NCBI GenBank assembly: GCA_010909165.1 | Contig: MU008160.1 | Span: 434,001 to 498,000, forward strand | Origin: Anthoceros angustus | Taxonomy: Eukaryota > Plantae > Anthocerotophyta | Direction of reading: 5' to 3' | Length of the DNA: 64,000 nucleotides | Shown: positions 37,006 through 50,542 of the stretch, piece by piece | Position numbering within the stretch: position 1 is the stretch's first letter | Layout: each line of letters opens with the position of its first letter | The notes under the pieces: model-generated | Told to the model about the DNA's origin: nothing | The model's input: only the letters and a program-made list of their open reading frames with translations | Database searches by the model: none | Made by a program: the position numbers and the translations under genes

Positions 37006-40000
37006 GAAAGTATCTTGTACATGTCCACCATAGCTTTTATTTGCTCATCAATGGATTGCCAACATGTGGATGTTTTCAGGCATTGAACCAACTTAGCATC
37101 TGCTATTAAAAAATATCGCCACCAATTAGCTCTACTTCCCTTAACCTTATTGCCCCCATACTTCACCTTCATGTGGTCCTCAAATAATTCAAAAACACCT
37201 CTCATGTTGTTGGCGCCTTTGACTGTTAATAGATCGAATTCGAGATCCCGAATTCTCCATTCAGAAAAAAAAGTTATACAAATTCTGATCAGAGCCGCCT
37301 CACATCCACTATACAAGAAAGTATTTTGTAAATGTCCACCATAGTTTTTACTTGCTCATCAATCAATTACCAACCTGTGGATGTTTTCGGGCATTGAACC
37401 AACTTAACATCTGCTATTAAAAAATGTCGCCACAAATTAGCTCTATTTCCCTTAGCCTTATTGCCTCCATACTTCACCTTCAAGTGGTCCTCAAATAGTT
37501 CAAAACACCTCTCATGTTATTGACGCCTTTTACTATTAATAGATCGAATTCGAGATCCCGAATTCTCTATTGAGAAAAAAAGTTATGCAAATTGATCGAG
37601 CCGACTCACATCCACTATACAAGAAAGTATCTTGTACATGTCCACCATAGCTTTTACTTGCTCATTAATCGATTGCCAACTGTGGATGTTTTAAGCATTG
37701 AACCAACTTAACAATCGCTATTAAAAATATCGCCACCAATTAGCTCTATTTCCTTTATCCTTATTGCCTCCATACTTCATCTTGAGGTTGTCCTCAAATA
37801 GTTCAAAACACCTCTCATGTTGTTGGCGCTTTTATTGTTAATAGATCGAATTGAGATCCCGAATTCTCCATTGAGAAAAAAAAGTTATACAAATTCTGAT
37901 CAGAGCCGCCTCACATCCACTATACAAGAAAGTATCTTGTACATGTCCACCATAGCTTTTACTTGCTCATTAATCGATTGCCAACCTGTGGATGTTTTTA
38001 AGCATTGAACCAACTTAGCATCCGTTGGTAAAAAATATCGCCACCAATTAGCTCTATTTCCTTTATCCTTATTGTCTCCATACTTTAGCTTGAGGTTGTC
38101 CTCAAACAGTATAAAACATCTCTCATGTTGTTGGCGCTTTTATTGTTAATAGATCGAATTCGAGATCCAATTCTCCATTCGAAAAAGTTATACAAATTCT
38201 GATCAGAGCCGCCTCACATCCACTATACAAGAAAGTATTTTGTAAATGTCCACCATAGTTTTTACTTGCTCATCAATCAATTACCAACTTTGTGGATGTT
38301 TTCGGGCATTGAACCAACTTAACATCTGCTATTAAAAAATGTCGCCACAAATTAGCTCTATTTCCCTTAGCCTTATTGCCTCCATACTTCACCTTCAAGT
38401 GGTCCTCAAATAGTTCAAAACACCTCTCATGTTATTGACGCCTTTTACTATTAATAGATCGAATTCGAGATCCCGAATTCTCTATTGAGAAAAAAAGTTA
38501 TGCAAATTCTGATCAGAGCCGACTCACATCCACTATACAAGAAAGTATCTTGTACATGTCCACCACAGCTTTTACTTGCTCATTAATCGATTGCCAACCT
38601 GTGGATGTTTTTAAGCATTGAACCAACTTAACAACTGCTATTAAAAAATATCGCCACCAATTAGCTCTATTTCCTTTATCCTTATTGCCTCCATACTTCA
38701 TCTTGAGGTTGTCCTCAAATAGTTCAAAAACACCTCTCATGTTGTTGGCGCTTTTTATTGTTAATAGATCGAATTCGAGATCCCGAATTCTCCATTGAGA
38801 AAAAAAAGTTATACAAATTCTGATCAGAGCCGCCTCACATCCACTATACAAGAAAGTATCTTGTACATGTCCACCATAGCTTTTACTTGCTCATTAATCG
38901 ATTGCCAACCTGTGGATGTTTTTAAGCATTGAACCAACTTAGCATCCGTTGGTAAAAAATATCGCCACCAATTAGCTCTATTTCCTTTATCCTTATTGTC
39001 TCCATACTTTAGCTTGAGGTTGTCCTCAAACAGTATAAAAACATCTCTCATGTTGTTGGCGCTTTTTATTGTTAATAGATCGAATTCGAGATCCCGAATT
39101 CTCCATTGAGAAAAAAAAGTTATACAAATTCGATCGAGCCTCACATCCACTATACAAGAAAGTATCTTGTACATGTCCACCAGCTTTTACTTGCTCATTA
39201 ATCGATTGCCAACTTTGTGGATGTTTTAAGCATTGAACCAACTTAGCATCCGTTGGTAAAAATATATACCAATTAGCTCTATTTCCTTTATCCTTATTGT
39301 CTCCATACTTTAGCTTGAGGTTGTCCTCAAATAGTATAAAACATCTCTCATGTTGTTGGCACTTTTTATTGTTAATAAATCGAATTCGAGATCCGGATTC
39401 TCTATTGAGAAAGAAAAGTTCTACAAATTAATTACACACTCACATCTACCATACCAGAAAGTATCTTGTATATGTCCACCATACCTTTTACTTGCTCATC
39501 AATCGATTGCCAACTTTGAAAATGTTTTCGGGCATTGAACCAACTTAGCATCCGTTGGTAAAAATATCGCCACCAATTAGCTCTACTTCCTGTATCCTTA
39601 TTGTCTCCACACTTCACCTTGAAGTTGTCCTCAAACAGTATAAAACATCTCTCATGTTGTTGGCGCTTTTTATTGTTAATAGATCGAATTCGAGATCCGA
39701 ATTCTCCATTGAGAAAAAAGTTATACAAATTCGATCGAGCCGACTCACATCCACTATACAAGAAAGTATCTTGTACATGTCCACCACAGCTTTTACTTGC
39801 TCATTAATCGATTGCCAACTGTGGATGTTTTAAGCATTGAACCAACTTAGCATCCGTTGGTAAAAATATCGCCACCAATTAGCTCTATTTCCTTTATCCT
39901 TATTGTCTCCATACTTTAGCTTGAGGTTGTCCTCAAATAGTATAAAAACATCTCTCATGTTGTTGGCACTTTTTATTGTTAATAAATCGAATTCGAGATC

Positions 40001-40365
40001 CGGATTCTCTATTGAGAAAGAAAAGTTCTACAAATTAATTACACACTCACATCTACCATACCAGAAAGTATCTTGTATATGTCCACCATACCTTTTACTT
40101 GCTCATCAATCGATTGCCAACCTGAAAATGTTTTCAGGCATTGAACCAACTTAGCATCCGCTGTTAAAAAATGTTGCCACCAATTAGCTCTACTTCCTGT
40201 ATCCTTATTGTCTCCACACTTCACCTTGAAGTTGTCCTCAAACGGTACAAAAACACCTCTCATGTTGTTGGCGCTTTTTATTGTTAATAGATCGAATTCG
40301 AAATCCCGAATTCTCCATTGAGGAAAAAAAGTTATACAAATTCTGATTAGAGCCGCCTCACATCA
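37006..40365 (-). repeat. ~311 bp tandem array, about 11 monomers, with higher-order structure
   Basis: GAAAGTAT(C/T)TTGTA starts at 37006, 37317, 37623, 37928, 38231, 38541, 38852, 39158, 39457, 39762, 40064. Confidence 0.95.
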
Positions 40366-43228
40366 ATATATCTTAGGCAGACGGGTGGCCTGACACGTGC
40401 GGTTTGATACGGGTGTCCCTTCTTGCACCTCTAACATCTGATGTTGACATCTTGGGTGTTGCCATAGCTCGGAACTTGTCAGAGCATGTGTGGAAACTTG
40501 TTTTCTTTGTTGTGGAAACTTGTTTTCTTTGTTGTGGAAACTTGTTTTCTTTTTAGTGGAAACTTGTTTTTTTATATATAGGAAACACCTCCCTTATCCA
40601 CACCTTATTACATTGGAGAATAAGGAGCATTAGCAAAAGTGAAGAATTTAAGGGGAGGACATTATCTGCACAACTTTTTCTTTCGTGAAGATGTACTTTG
40701 CCAAATACCAGAAAGGCGCCAAGGTCTTCCAGAGCACTTGGCACGAGGATTTCAGCACGCTTTTTTTTGGTAGAAAGGGATTACCAATACTTACTTTGTA
40801 GGAAAAAAGAGGAGAATAGAAGGAGAATTTGATTTACGCCTTCAATCTCTACAATATTAACGAGGATTTTCATGTTGTCCAATGCAATATCTTCCACCCT
40901 ATTTAAAATTAAAATTTATCTTCTTAATTTATTTTCTTTCAATTTTAGTTAAGTTAAGTTAAGGTAAACGTTTGTAGACTAGCTTGTTCTTGCCACATTT
41001 TAGCTAAAAGTCAGATAATATTAGCCTCATTTAATAGTAAGTGAGAGTGATGAAATAGTATACTATGAATGACTCAACTATTTGAAAGACCACTCGGTCT
41101 TGTGCCTTTAATCGTATCAAGCCTATAATGCGAGATCCTACATACTAATATGTTTCTATGTAGGAATGACCCAATTTGACTAGCTTCCTATGCCAAATGA
41201 CTTTGTATAAGAGAGGCTTGCTCATTAATCGATTGCCAACTGTGGATGTTTTAAGCATTGAACCAACTTAGCATCCGTTGGTAAAAATATCGCCACCAAT
41301 TAGCTCTATTTCCTTTATCCTTATTGTCTCCATACTTTAGCTTGAGGTTGTCCTCAAATAGTATAAAACATCTCTCATGTTGTTGGCACTTTTTATTGTT
41401 AATAAATCGAATTCGAGATCCCGAATTCTCCATTGAGAAAGAAAAGTTCTACAAATTAATTACACACTCACATCTACCATACCAGAAAGTATCTTGTATA
41501 TGTCCACCATACCTTTTACTTGCTCATCAATCGATTGCCAACTTTGAAAATGTTTTCGGGCATTGAACCAACTTAGCATCCGTTGGTAAAAATATCGCCA
41601 CCAATTAGCTCTACTTCCTGTATCCTTATTGTCTCCACACTTCACCTTGAAGTTGTCCTCAAACAGTATAAAACATCTCTCATGTTGTTGGCGCTTTTAT
41701 TGTTAATAGATCGAATTCGAGATCCCGAATTCTCCATTGAGAAAAAGTTATACAAATTCGATCGAGCCGCCTCACATCCACTATACAAGAAAAGTATCTT
41801 GTACATGTCCACCACAGCTTGCTCATTAATCGATTGCCAACTGTGGATGTTTTAAGCATTGAACCAACTTAGCATCCGTTGGTAAAAAATATCGCCACCA
41901 ATTAGCTCTATTTCCTTTATCCTTATTGTCTCCATACTTTAGCTTGAGGTTGTCCTCAAATAGTATAAAAACATCTCTCATGTTGTTGGCACTTTTTATT
42001 GTTAATAAATCGAATTCGAGATCCCGGATTCTCTATTGAGAAAGAAAAGTTCTACAAATTCTGATTACACCTGCCTCACATCTACCATACCAGAAAGTAT
42101 CTTGTATATGTCCACCATACCTTTTACTTGCTCATCAATCGATTGCCAACCTGAAAATGTTTTCAGGCATTGAACCAACTTAGCATCCATTAAAAATGTT
42201 GCCACCAATTAGCTCTACTTCTGTATCCTTATTGTCTCCACACTTCACCTTGAAGTTGTCCTCAAAGCAGTACAAAAACACCTCTCATGTTGTTGGCGCT
42301 TTTATTGTTAATAGATCGAATTCGAGATCCGGATTCTCTATTGAGAAAAAGTTATACAAATTGATTAGAGCCGCCTCACATCAATATATCTTAGGCAGAC
42401 GGGTGGCCTGACACGTGCGGTTTGATACGGGTGTCCCTTCTTGCACCTCTAACATCTGATGTTGACATCTTGGGTGTTGCCATAGCTCGGAACTTGTCAG
42501 AGCATGTGTGGAAACTTGTTTTCTTTGTTGTGGAAACTTGTTTTCTTTGTTGTGAAACTTGTTTTCTTTTAGTGGAAACTTGTTTTATATATAGGAAACA
42601 CCTCCCTTATCCACACCTTATTACATTGGAGAATAAGGAGCATTAGCAAAAGTGAAGAATTTAAGGGGAGGACATTATCTGCACAACTTTTTCTTTCGTG
42701 AAGATGTACTTTGCCAAATACCAGAAAGGCGCCAAGGTCTTCAGCACTTGGCACGAGGATTTTCAGACGCTTTTTGGTAGAAAGGGATTACCAATACTTA
42801 CTTTGTAGGAAAAAAGAGGAGAATAGAAGGAGAATTTGATTTACGCCTTCAATCTCTACAATATTAACGAGGATTTTCATGTTGTCCAATGCAATATCTT
42901 CCACCCTATTTAAAATTAAAATTTATCTTCTTAATTTATTTTCTTTCAATTTTAGTTAAGTTAAGTTAAGGTAAACGTTTGTAGACTAGCTTGTTCTTGC
43001 CACATTTTAGCTAAAAAAGTACAGATAATATTAGCCTCATTTAATAGTAAGTGAGAGTGATGAAATAGTATACTATGAATGACTCAACTATTTGAAAGAC
43101 CACTCGGTCTTGTGCCTTGCAATCGTATCAAGCCTATAATGCGAGATCCTACATACTAATATGTTTCTATGTAGGAATGACCCAATTTGACTAGCTTCCT
43201 ATGCCAAATGACTTTGTATAAGGAGAGG
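39190..43228. repeat. ~2 kb tandem duplication: last 4 monomers plus 850 bp tail, twice
   Basis: 39190-41216 resembles 41217-43228; junction CTTGCTC at 41217-41223. Confidence 0.88.
40490..40570. repeat. 22-bp minisatellite GTGGAAACTTGTTTTCTTTGTT x4; second copy at ~42507-42585
   Basis: Direct inspection. Confidence 0.9.
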
Positions 43229-43291
43229 CTTGCTCCAATATGCGCTAGAGCCACAAAAGTGACCCATGTAACATGACGGCTGATATAGTAT

Positions 43292-43456
43292 AGCTCATAA
43301 TCCATATGCCTTAACCCATGGATACTGTAGATAGGCCACCACCACTCAAGCTCATAATCCATATGCCTTAACCCGTGGATACTGTAGATAGGCCACCGCC
43401 ACTCAAGCATGCCCGTATAGCATACCTTATAATCCATATGTCTTAACCCGTGCATG
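43292..43456. repeat. 57-bp tandem repeat x2.6, followed by a 21-bp repeat x2 (43476-43518)
   Basis: AGCTCATAATCCATATGCCTTAACCC at 43292 and 43349, partial copy at 43425; CATTCATTTAGAGGGGCAGAA x2. Confidence 0.88.
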
Positions 43457-46400
43457 CCCCCCCCGCGAAACACCCATTCATTTAGAGGGGCAGAACATTC
43501 ATTTAGAGGGGCAGAACATCTTAGCCATTCCAACATGCAATTAAGCTCTTGCATATGTACCATAGAAGGTCATTGGTATGGCAGAAGACGTCCTCTAAAC
43601 TCTAGGATGTCTGGGATGAACAAACCCTATGGGTGCAGGCAAGACCTATCTTTGGTATTTTCGTGTCAGATGGAGTTCAATAATTTGTAGGAATTCTTAG
43701 TCATTTGGGTCTGGCTCTTGTGACACTCTCAATTTAAGTCTCAAGTTCATGGTAAAGGGAGGCTATGTCCCACATACACAAATAAGGCCTCTGCGATTGT
43801 CGACCGAGTGGCCTGAGTATGCCACTTCTCTACCCAAGTGAAGTGTAGATGTAGAAAAATCAAAGACTAGCAATGCAAATATGCCACGATTGTTCATAGC
43901 TACGTTTCCACCCAACTCACATTCCCTGACGATGGGTGATCAATCTTCCCCCTTGTCCCCTAATCTAGTCCTTGCTTTGAATTTTGCGACAAGTCCTAAT
44001 CGTTTTTTGTTGGGTTGGTGGAAGGAGCCATGAGATGAGCCCGAATCAACTTGGCATTTTTGTGTAATTTTTTGTGAGTCATAGATGATGAATTTGTTAT
44101 CGGCAGCAAGGAAATGGCCTACTAGTATGAAAAGCTTTACATGATGTTAACTTGGTGTGGACGGAAGAAGGCACTAGCATCCTCATTGAAGCGTGGATAG
44201 CTTGAGATAGGTACTGGTCCAAATATGGCTACACCTTTCCCTAATATCTAGATATTTATTTCAAAATCATATATGTCAGCAACGAACCTGGACACGACAA
44301 TCGAATATGACGCAAGACATAGTACTCCACTTGCCAGGGGGTAGGCGTGGTGGCTGCTTTCCAAATACTTCAGGGTATACCTGGTCGTCAACTTCCCATG
44401 TATTTCGGGCTTCGGCGAAGCTCGGTAATACGCTGGGGAGGTACTGTTCTAAAAATAACAAAGGGAGGGCGTAACTATGAGTAGTATGTTGGACTTGGTA
44501 TATACCCATTCCATTTTTTGTTGGCTGTGCCAAAAGAGAAAATCCCGGGTCGGACAACTTGCAAGTTGAGCCTGTCGCCATTCGGGTGTTGCCTGCGACC
44601 AGGGCGAGGCTGGACAGCCCGAAATTAGCCATTGCCGCGCCTGATATTTGAATCTGATATTTGCGTCCATTTATTGAACCAGATTTGCGCACGTGTCCTT
44701 TCCAGGGACGTCGGTGCCGAGGGTTTCTGCCCACGTTACACATTTGCGTAAGGTGAGGGGAGAGCGTGCATAATGTGATCCCAGCTTCATGCTGGTTTTT
44801 AGGGTTTAGTTAGATTAAAGCTAGACTGCTTGACATGCGGAATAAAATAATTCAAATATCTTCGCTGCTTGACTGCGATCTCGAGGTTGGCTACCTACCT
44901 TTGCCAGCTTCAAAGTTGGTTCTATTAATAGCGTCCGTTATTGGGTGTAGGGTTAGCTGTGAGCAGCAAAGATATTTGAATTATTTTTTTGTCGGGATTT
45001 TCGGATCTTTTCGGATGTCCGACTGTGGAAATAGAGAACAAGGGGGGAAGGAGCTGCCAGCTTGGGATGCAGTAGAAGGCCGAGGATCGGTGGAAGGGGG
45101 CGGGATGCCTCGAGGAAGGTGTGGATGGGTGGCTGGAAGATCGTGATTCCGGGCAGGTCTCTGGGTTTAGATGTTTTGAAACGGAATTGGAAGGCCTTGC
45201 CTGGGAGTTGCAGGCGGTGTTGTATGCGGCCTTGCTGTGCTGTGGCTCATGGTGGACCGGGTCCATGTGTGATTCTCAGTCATCAGTATTTGCAACTGGT
45301 GCTTGCTCGGTCCTGTGCTGGAGTTGGTTTGACCGCAGAGCTGGTTTTCAAGCTGAGCTTTACTGGTTGGGACTTCGTCAATCGCGGGGTGGCTATGTTC
45401 CTTGGGCCGGGAGCTGGCCCGCCATGGCTTTTCTGTGGGCCCAGCAAGATAGGATGCAGAAGAAGGAGATTGTGGTGACGATTTGGAAGCAGGAAGGAAG
45501 ATTGAATGCCTATCCTACAATTCAAAATGGTTGGTTGTCTTGCATTGGAAGTATGGGTCTCGCAGACGAAGGTGAGGAGAGGCTCTGACGATATGGCCTG
45601 GATTGCTGTGAGGTTTGAGCAGAGAGACATGGAAGCTGCAGGGCCCTGGCTCGTCATGCTTGTCATGAGCTCCGGCCCATAGCCTCCTCCTTGGGTTGCA
45701 GCTCCCGAGCATGTTGTGCTGAGCTGTATGAGACATTTGGAAACCTAACTTGGCCAAGCCCCCGGCATCCTGGGTACGGGGGGTGCACGAAGGATCAGTG
45801 CTGTACTTCTACAATGTCCCTTCTTGATAGAGAACCACAGTACAGCAGAGGGCAAATTCAGCCTCATACCACAAGGTGCTGAACACAAGACTTGGCCAAG
45901 AGAACTTGGCACGAGCCATCCAGCTTTACCCACGGCAGGATGGCGAGCCGAGTGCTGACGGTGGCGAAGAGCATTCCTTATCAGACGTGGAAAGTCTTCT
46001 GACTGCGCACTTTCCCTGGGAATCTGTAGGGGCTGTAATGCATTGTACTAGGCGCTGAATTGGTCCTCCATACGGTCCGTACGAAAATGGCCACACACTT
46101 CAAGGACATATCCAGACCCGAAGCCCTTATTTTGACAAAGAAAAGATCTCTTCAGAAACCGTTGGCCTCCACTGGTCCGTCTTACGAGGAGGAGCTTTTA
46201 CGTCTCAGACTCAACGTACAAGAACTGTAGGCCTCTGCACACGGTGCAGCGAGGCAGGAATTTAGAGATACTGGCAGCCTGCCATGTAACTGCAAAGATG
46301 ACTTGAATGCTACCCGAATCCTGCTTGATGAACTCGGTAGAGTTTACCACAGAAATCCAGTGTGGGCTCCCACCAGGGTTTTCTGAAAGGCCTGCTGCTG

Positions 46401-47304
46401 AACAAGCTCAATCTGAATCGGACTCTGCTTGCTTGTCAGGTGAAAAGAAGTGCAAAGAAGTCCTTCAAGTAGCTCTTGGAAAGTGGAGGTGGACGTGCTT
46501 TCCTTTGAAATGTTGTCCGCAATGGAGGTCCTTAGATTGCATCCAGCTCAAACTATGTCGGGACACTTCCAAAGCCGAAGTCCATGCACCTCCATGGTTG
46601 GTGATCTGGATCTGCTCGACTTGCTCGTGCTCCATTTACCAATCTTTCACCTGCCTGAAACAGCTTCCTCATCATTGTAGCATCAGACCTCGCTGCCACC
46701 TACACGCCGCCAGTGAAGCCAACTTCTGAGAGTCTGCTGAACAACAGGAACTCCAAAATATGTCGTGATCCTCTTCCCCAAACTGTCAAACTCTTCTATC
46801 ATGCTTGTACCCCTAACCTCAAAACTATTCAGCACATCCAGGAATTGACATTGCTGGGTGATGGCCTGCATCAAAGCTCAGAAAGGTGCTACCTTTCATG
46901 TCGTGCCTCCCAGCCACAGTCTTCGGTTGTCGAAAACACAAGCAACCAGTCCTCGGCCCCCTGCCTCGTTCTTAAATAATGTTTGTTCAGTGGGTTGTCC
47001 GGCAGTAATGCTATCCATGCATGGATAGCTATCCTGATGATCTCTGAAGAGTAGTCAGGACTGAACCAGTGGACTGGAAATCGAGAGACGAGCATGGAAA
47101 GCTCTGGAAATGCCAGACGGCAGCCTTACAACTCTGTTGACAGAAAGTGTAAAGACTAAAAGTATGGGTGTGTTCAACTCTGACTACGAGCTCGAGGCAG
47201 TCTCCGTAACAGTTGGGATTCCGCGTTTGAAGTCTGGAGGAGTCGTCAAAACATTCTCCAGCCTGCAGGGCGCCGGCTACGTCCCCAAGATAAAGAACCC
47301 AGGA

Positions 47305-47310
47305 TATAAG
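47305..47310 (+). promoter_or_regulatory. TATA-like box conserved upstream of all three SABATH genes (also 50314-50319, 53514-53519)
   Basis: TATAAGGGA(C/G)CTGCC 229-244 nt upstream of each ATG. Confidence 0.6.
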
Positions 47311-47543
47311 GGACCTGCCCCAGCCATCTTCCTCATCCATCCTCCTCGTCCAGTCCTCACATTCGTCTTGCAGATCTGTTCTGTACCTCTCTGTCCTTAC
47401 AAAGTTTGTTGAAAAAATTCTCACAGGTCTCGACACCGGAGGCTCTCAGTCTGTCTTTGCATTGCCCCATCGGAATCTTGCTGGGTTTTTCGGTCTTCAC
47501 ATTCCAGTACGTTGCAAGCGGAAGACACCATCAACACTGCAAA

Positions 47544-49007
47544 ATGACGATCCAGGCGCTCAACAGCTGCGATAGCGAGGCCATCCAGGTTGCCAAGTCC
47601 AGCATGTCGGGAGGCAACGGGGACGCCAGCTATGCCAAGAACTCGCAATCGCAAGCACACGTCTTCAATTTCTGTGAAAGCATTCTCTACACCGCATTGC
47701 GGGAGGTGGGCGATATCCCCGCTCCCGCACCCGGTGTTCCGGCTCTGAGGATCGCAGATCTGGGATGCGCCACGGGCAGCAACACGTTGAATGCGGTGAA
47801 GAGCATTTTGGATGTGGTGAAATACAGATACCGGATTCAGGATGTGGAGATGCCGGAGGTGGAGGTCTCCTTCTCCGATCTGCCTTCCAACGATTTCAAC
47901 ACTCTGTTCCAAGAATTGCCGCCTCTCCATCGCGCGATGGCCAACCGGACCCTCAAGGATTTCAGGCGCAATGCCAGCAAGAGGATTTTCTACGCCGGCG
48001 GTGTTCCCGGCTCTTTCTTCAAGGAGAGGCTCTTCCCTTCCAGGAGCATGCACATCATTTCCTCCTTCTCGGCCCTGCATTGGCTCTCCGAGGTGATTTT
48101 CTCTTTCTCATCTTCCGCCAGAGAGTGCTCAGCATTGTTGCCGATGATTTGAAAAAGGATGAAATTGACATCATTCTTCGCTTGGCTGTGTGCAGGTTCC
48201 AGCAGAGATCACAGACAAAAACTCTCTTGCCTACAACAAGAACCGCATCTGGTTTGATGGAACCAGTGGACCAGTACGAGATGTAATCGCCCAACAATCC
48301 GCGGCTGATTTGAGGCAGTTTCTGGAATTTCGAGCTGAAGAGCTGGTTCCTGGTGGCATTTTGGTGCTCATGTTCGGAGGCAGATTGGAGAAAGACCGTG
48401 TTAGGAATTATGGGCGGGACCTGGCTCACGGAGTGGAAGAGTTTCAAGGCTTGAGTGAAGCTGGAGAATTGCTTCAACAAAGCTTCCAGGAACTTGTTTC
48501 TGAGGTACCTACTAATGACGTGCGTCCAACCTTGGCTTCAAATCATGCATTGCAGAGCTCGTCCGCTTACGATGCCTGAACTTGATTGAAATCTGTTGAG
48601 CTCAGCATCATGTTTGATATCTTCATTGACAGGGCGTGATTGAGCAAGAGAAGCTGGATACCTTCAACATCTCAGCTTACAGCAGAAGTCTGACAGAAGT
48701 GAAGAAAGCGGTGAAGGAGTCGAGGCTGTTCGACATCCACTTGCTGGACAACGTGGCCAAGGAAGACATCATCCCAGCAGAGGAGAAGAGAAGAATGTGG
48801 CCAACCCGGGAAGCATTTGGAAGGAGCTGGGCAAACAAGACGCGGAGCGTGACATCGGGACTGCTCCACAGCCACATCGGGCCCGAGCTTTCAGACCTCT
48901 TGTTCCAGCGGCTTGAGGCCAAGGCCACCCAAAACTACGACAAGTACAGCAACATTAGGATGTGCGCAATCGTGGCTATTCTGGTCCGCCGACCTCAACA
49001 ATCTTGA
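47544..49007 (+). CDS. SABATH carboxyl methyltransferase 1; exons 47544-48092, 48196-48504, 48633-49007
   Basis: MSGGNGDASYAKNSQSQ, IADLGCATGSNT, FSDLPSNDFNTLF, GVPGSFFKERLFP, SALHWLSEVP; GT-AG introns. Confidence 0.95.
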
Positions 49008-49329
49008 GGTGCTCAAATCACTTGCAACCATTTTTTCTAGTCAATCACCTTACGGGATCAAGCACTTGCAAGGATTTTCTCTTGGGTCCGCAGATTTGAG
49101 CAAACGTGAGGGGCTCAATCACTTGCAACAATTCTTTGTGTCATTAGACATGCATATACCCCCGGTGGTTCAGGGTAGAAAGCCTAGCTATTCCTATGTA
49201 CATACATGTGCCTCACTTGTGTGAGCGCCATACAGTATCTCCCACCTGTGTATATCCATTTACATCGAACATTCTCTGCACAATTCTCGTGGCCCTTTCT
49301 TTGTCTTTCACCTGGACGGTGGCCCAGGT

Positions 49330-50030
49330 TCACTCACTTTTGAAACTCGGATATGAATTGGATGCACACTGAGGGAACCATAATCCTGAGAATTCCTGAT
49401 GACTTGTTTGCTGGCACCTGTCTGCAAAACATATATGCAAATGGTTGCTGATGGAAAGATGCACTCCAGGTTCTGGGCAGCATACCGCCGACATGGAACG
49501 GCCCGTCATCGGGGTATGGAAAATAAGGTGACATGCAAGCCCGGAATTCGACAGCATGGCCACAAAGGATGGGGGGGCACAGAATAACCTGATTGCAGGG
49601 TATGCCGAGTTAAGGGTCGGACATGAAGCCGTGATCTGATGCCGATTGGAATTCCTCATAGCCTGTTTGCTGGCACCTCTCTGGTGAACATGTATGCAAA
49701 AGGTTGGGTTCTGGACAGCATGGCCAGCACAAGAGGTGACAATTTCGAGTGAGCTCTTTGGCTGAAGTATGTATGGTGTGGATGTCTCTTGGATAAGTGG
49801 GTGCAAGTGGACTTCTGCAAGTATCATGCATAACAGAATCTGTTGGACGTCTTCAAGATTGTCCAGTGAGCTTGAGGCAGAATGGTTCAATTCCCAAGAC
49901 AAGCGATGACAGAAAGAACACTCCAGGTTTGTCCTCAAGGTCATACGTTTCTGATCGTCCTCGGTCAACAAGCAGGGCGTTTCTGAAAGTATAAGGGGAT
50001 TCTTTTCCGATTCTTACATGGAGAACACAT
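49330..50030 (+). pseudogene. Degenerate PLS-class PPR gene fragment
   Basis: KLGYELDAH*GN; DDLFAGTCLQNIYANGC*WKDALQVLGSIP..TWNGPSSGYGK*G; NNLIAGYAE; SLFAGTSLVNMYAKG; with stops and frameshifts. Confidence 0.6.
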
Positions 50031-50542
50031 GGCAGGACGTCCATGGCGGCATTCTTGTCTGACGTTGTGTTTCCTAGCCAACCGGCGTGATGATCTCAGA
50101 ACAGTCAGCAGTACACCAGTGGACTGGCAGTCCTGTGACGCCTGGACGGCTATGGACATGCCAGATGGTCCTGTCCAGTATTTTGACTACGAGCTCGAGG
50201 CAGTTTCCAGGGCAATTGTGATTCCGCGTCTCGAGTCTCGACGAGTCGTCCAAAAACTCTGCAGCCTGCCGGTCGCCGGCGATGTCCGACTCCGCAGCAT
50301 GCGAAACCAAGGATATAAGGGAGCTGCCCCAGCCCATCTACCTCATCCATCCTCCACTTCGATTCCTCGCATTCGTCTTTTACAGATCTCTTCCATTCCT
50401 CCCTTTCCGCACAAAGTGTGCTCAGAGATTGCTGACAGCCATCTTCAGCCTGTCTTTGCATTGCACCTCCGGAATCTTGTTGGGTTTTTCCCTCCTCAGA
50501 TTCCAATACGTTGCAAGCGGGATATAGCATCGAGATTACAAA

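Noticed and set aside
37006-43520. CRISPR-like interpretation of the tandem repeats
   Set aside because: No unique spacers between repeats, eukaryotic context and no cas genes.
34328-43972. Imperfect 20-bp direct repeat TTGTCCCC..TCTAGTCCT flanking the AT-rich block
   Set aside because: Short and gapped; not enough to define an element boundary.
44276-46729. Multiple 100-155 aa ORFs on both strands upstream of the SABATH cluster
   Set aside because: Coding-like in places, but no family motif I can support; possibly a decayed gene.
47110-50500. Similar upstream open frames (DYELEAVS..IPRLxS..GYKG) before SABATH copies 1 and 2
   Set aside because: They run through the conserved TATA-like box and are explained by promoter paralogy.
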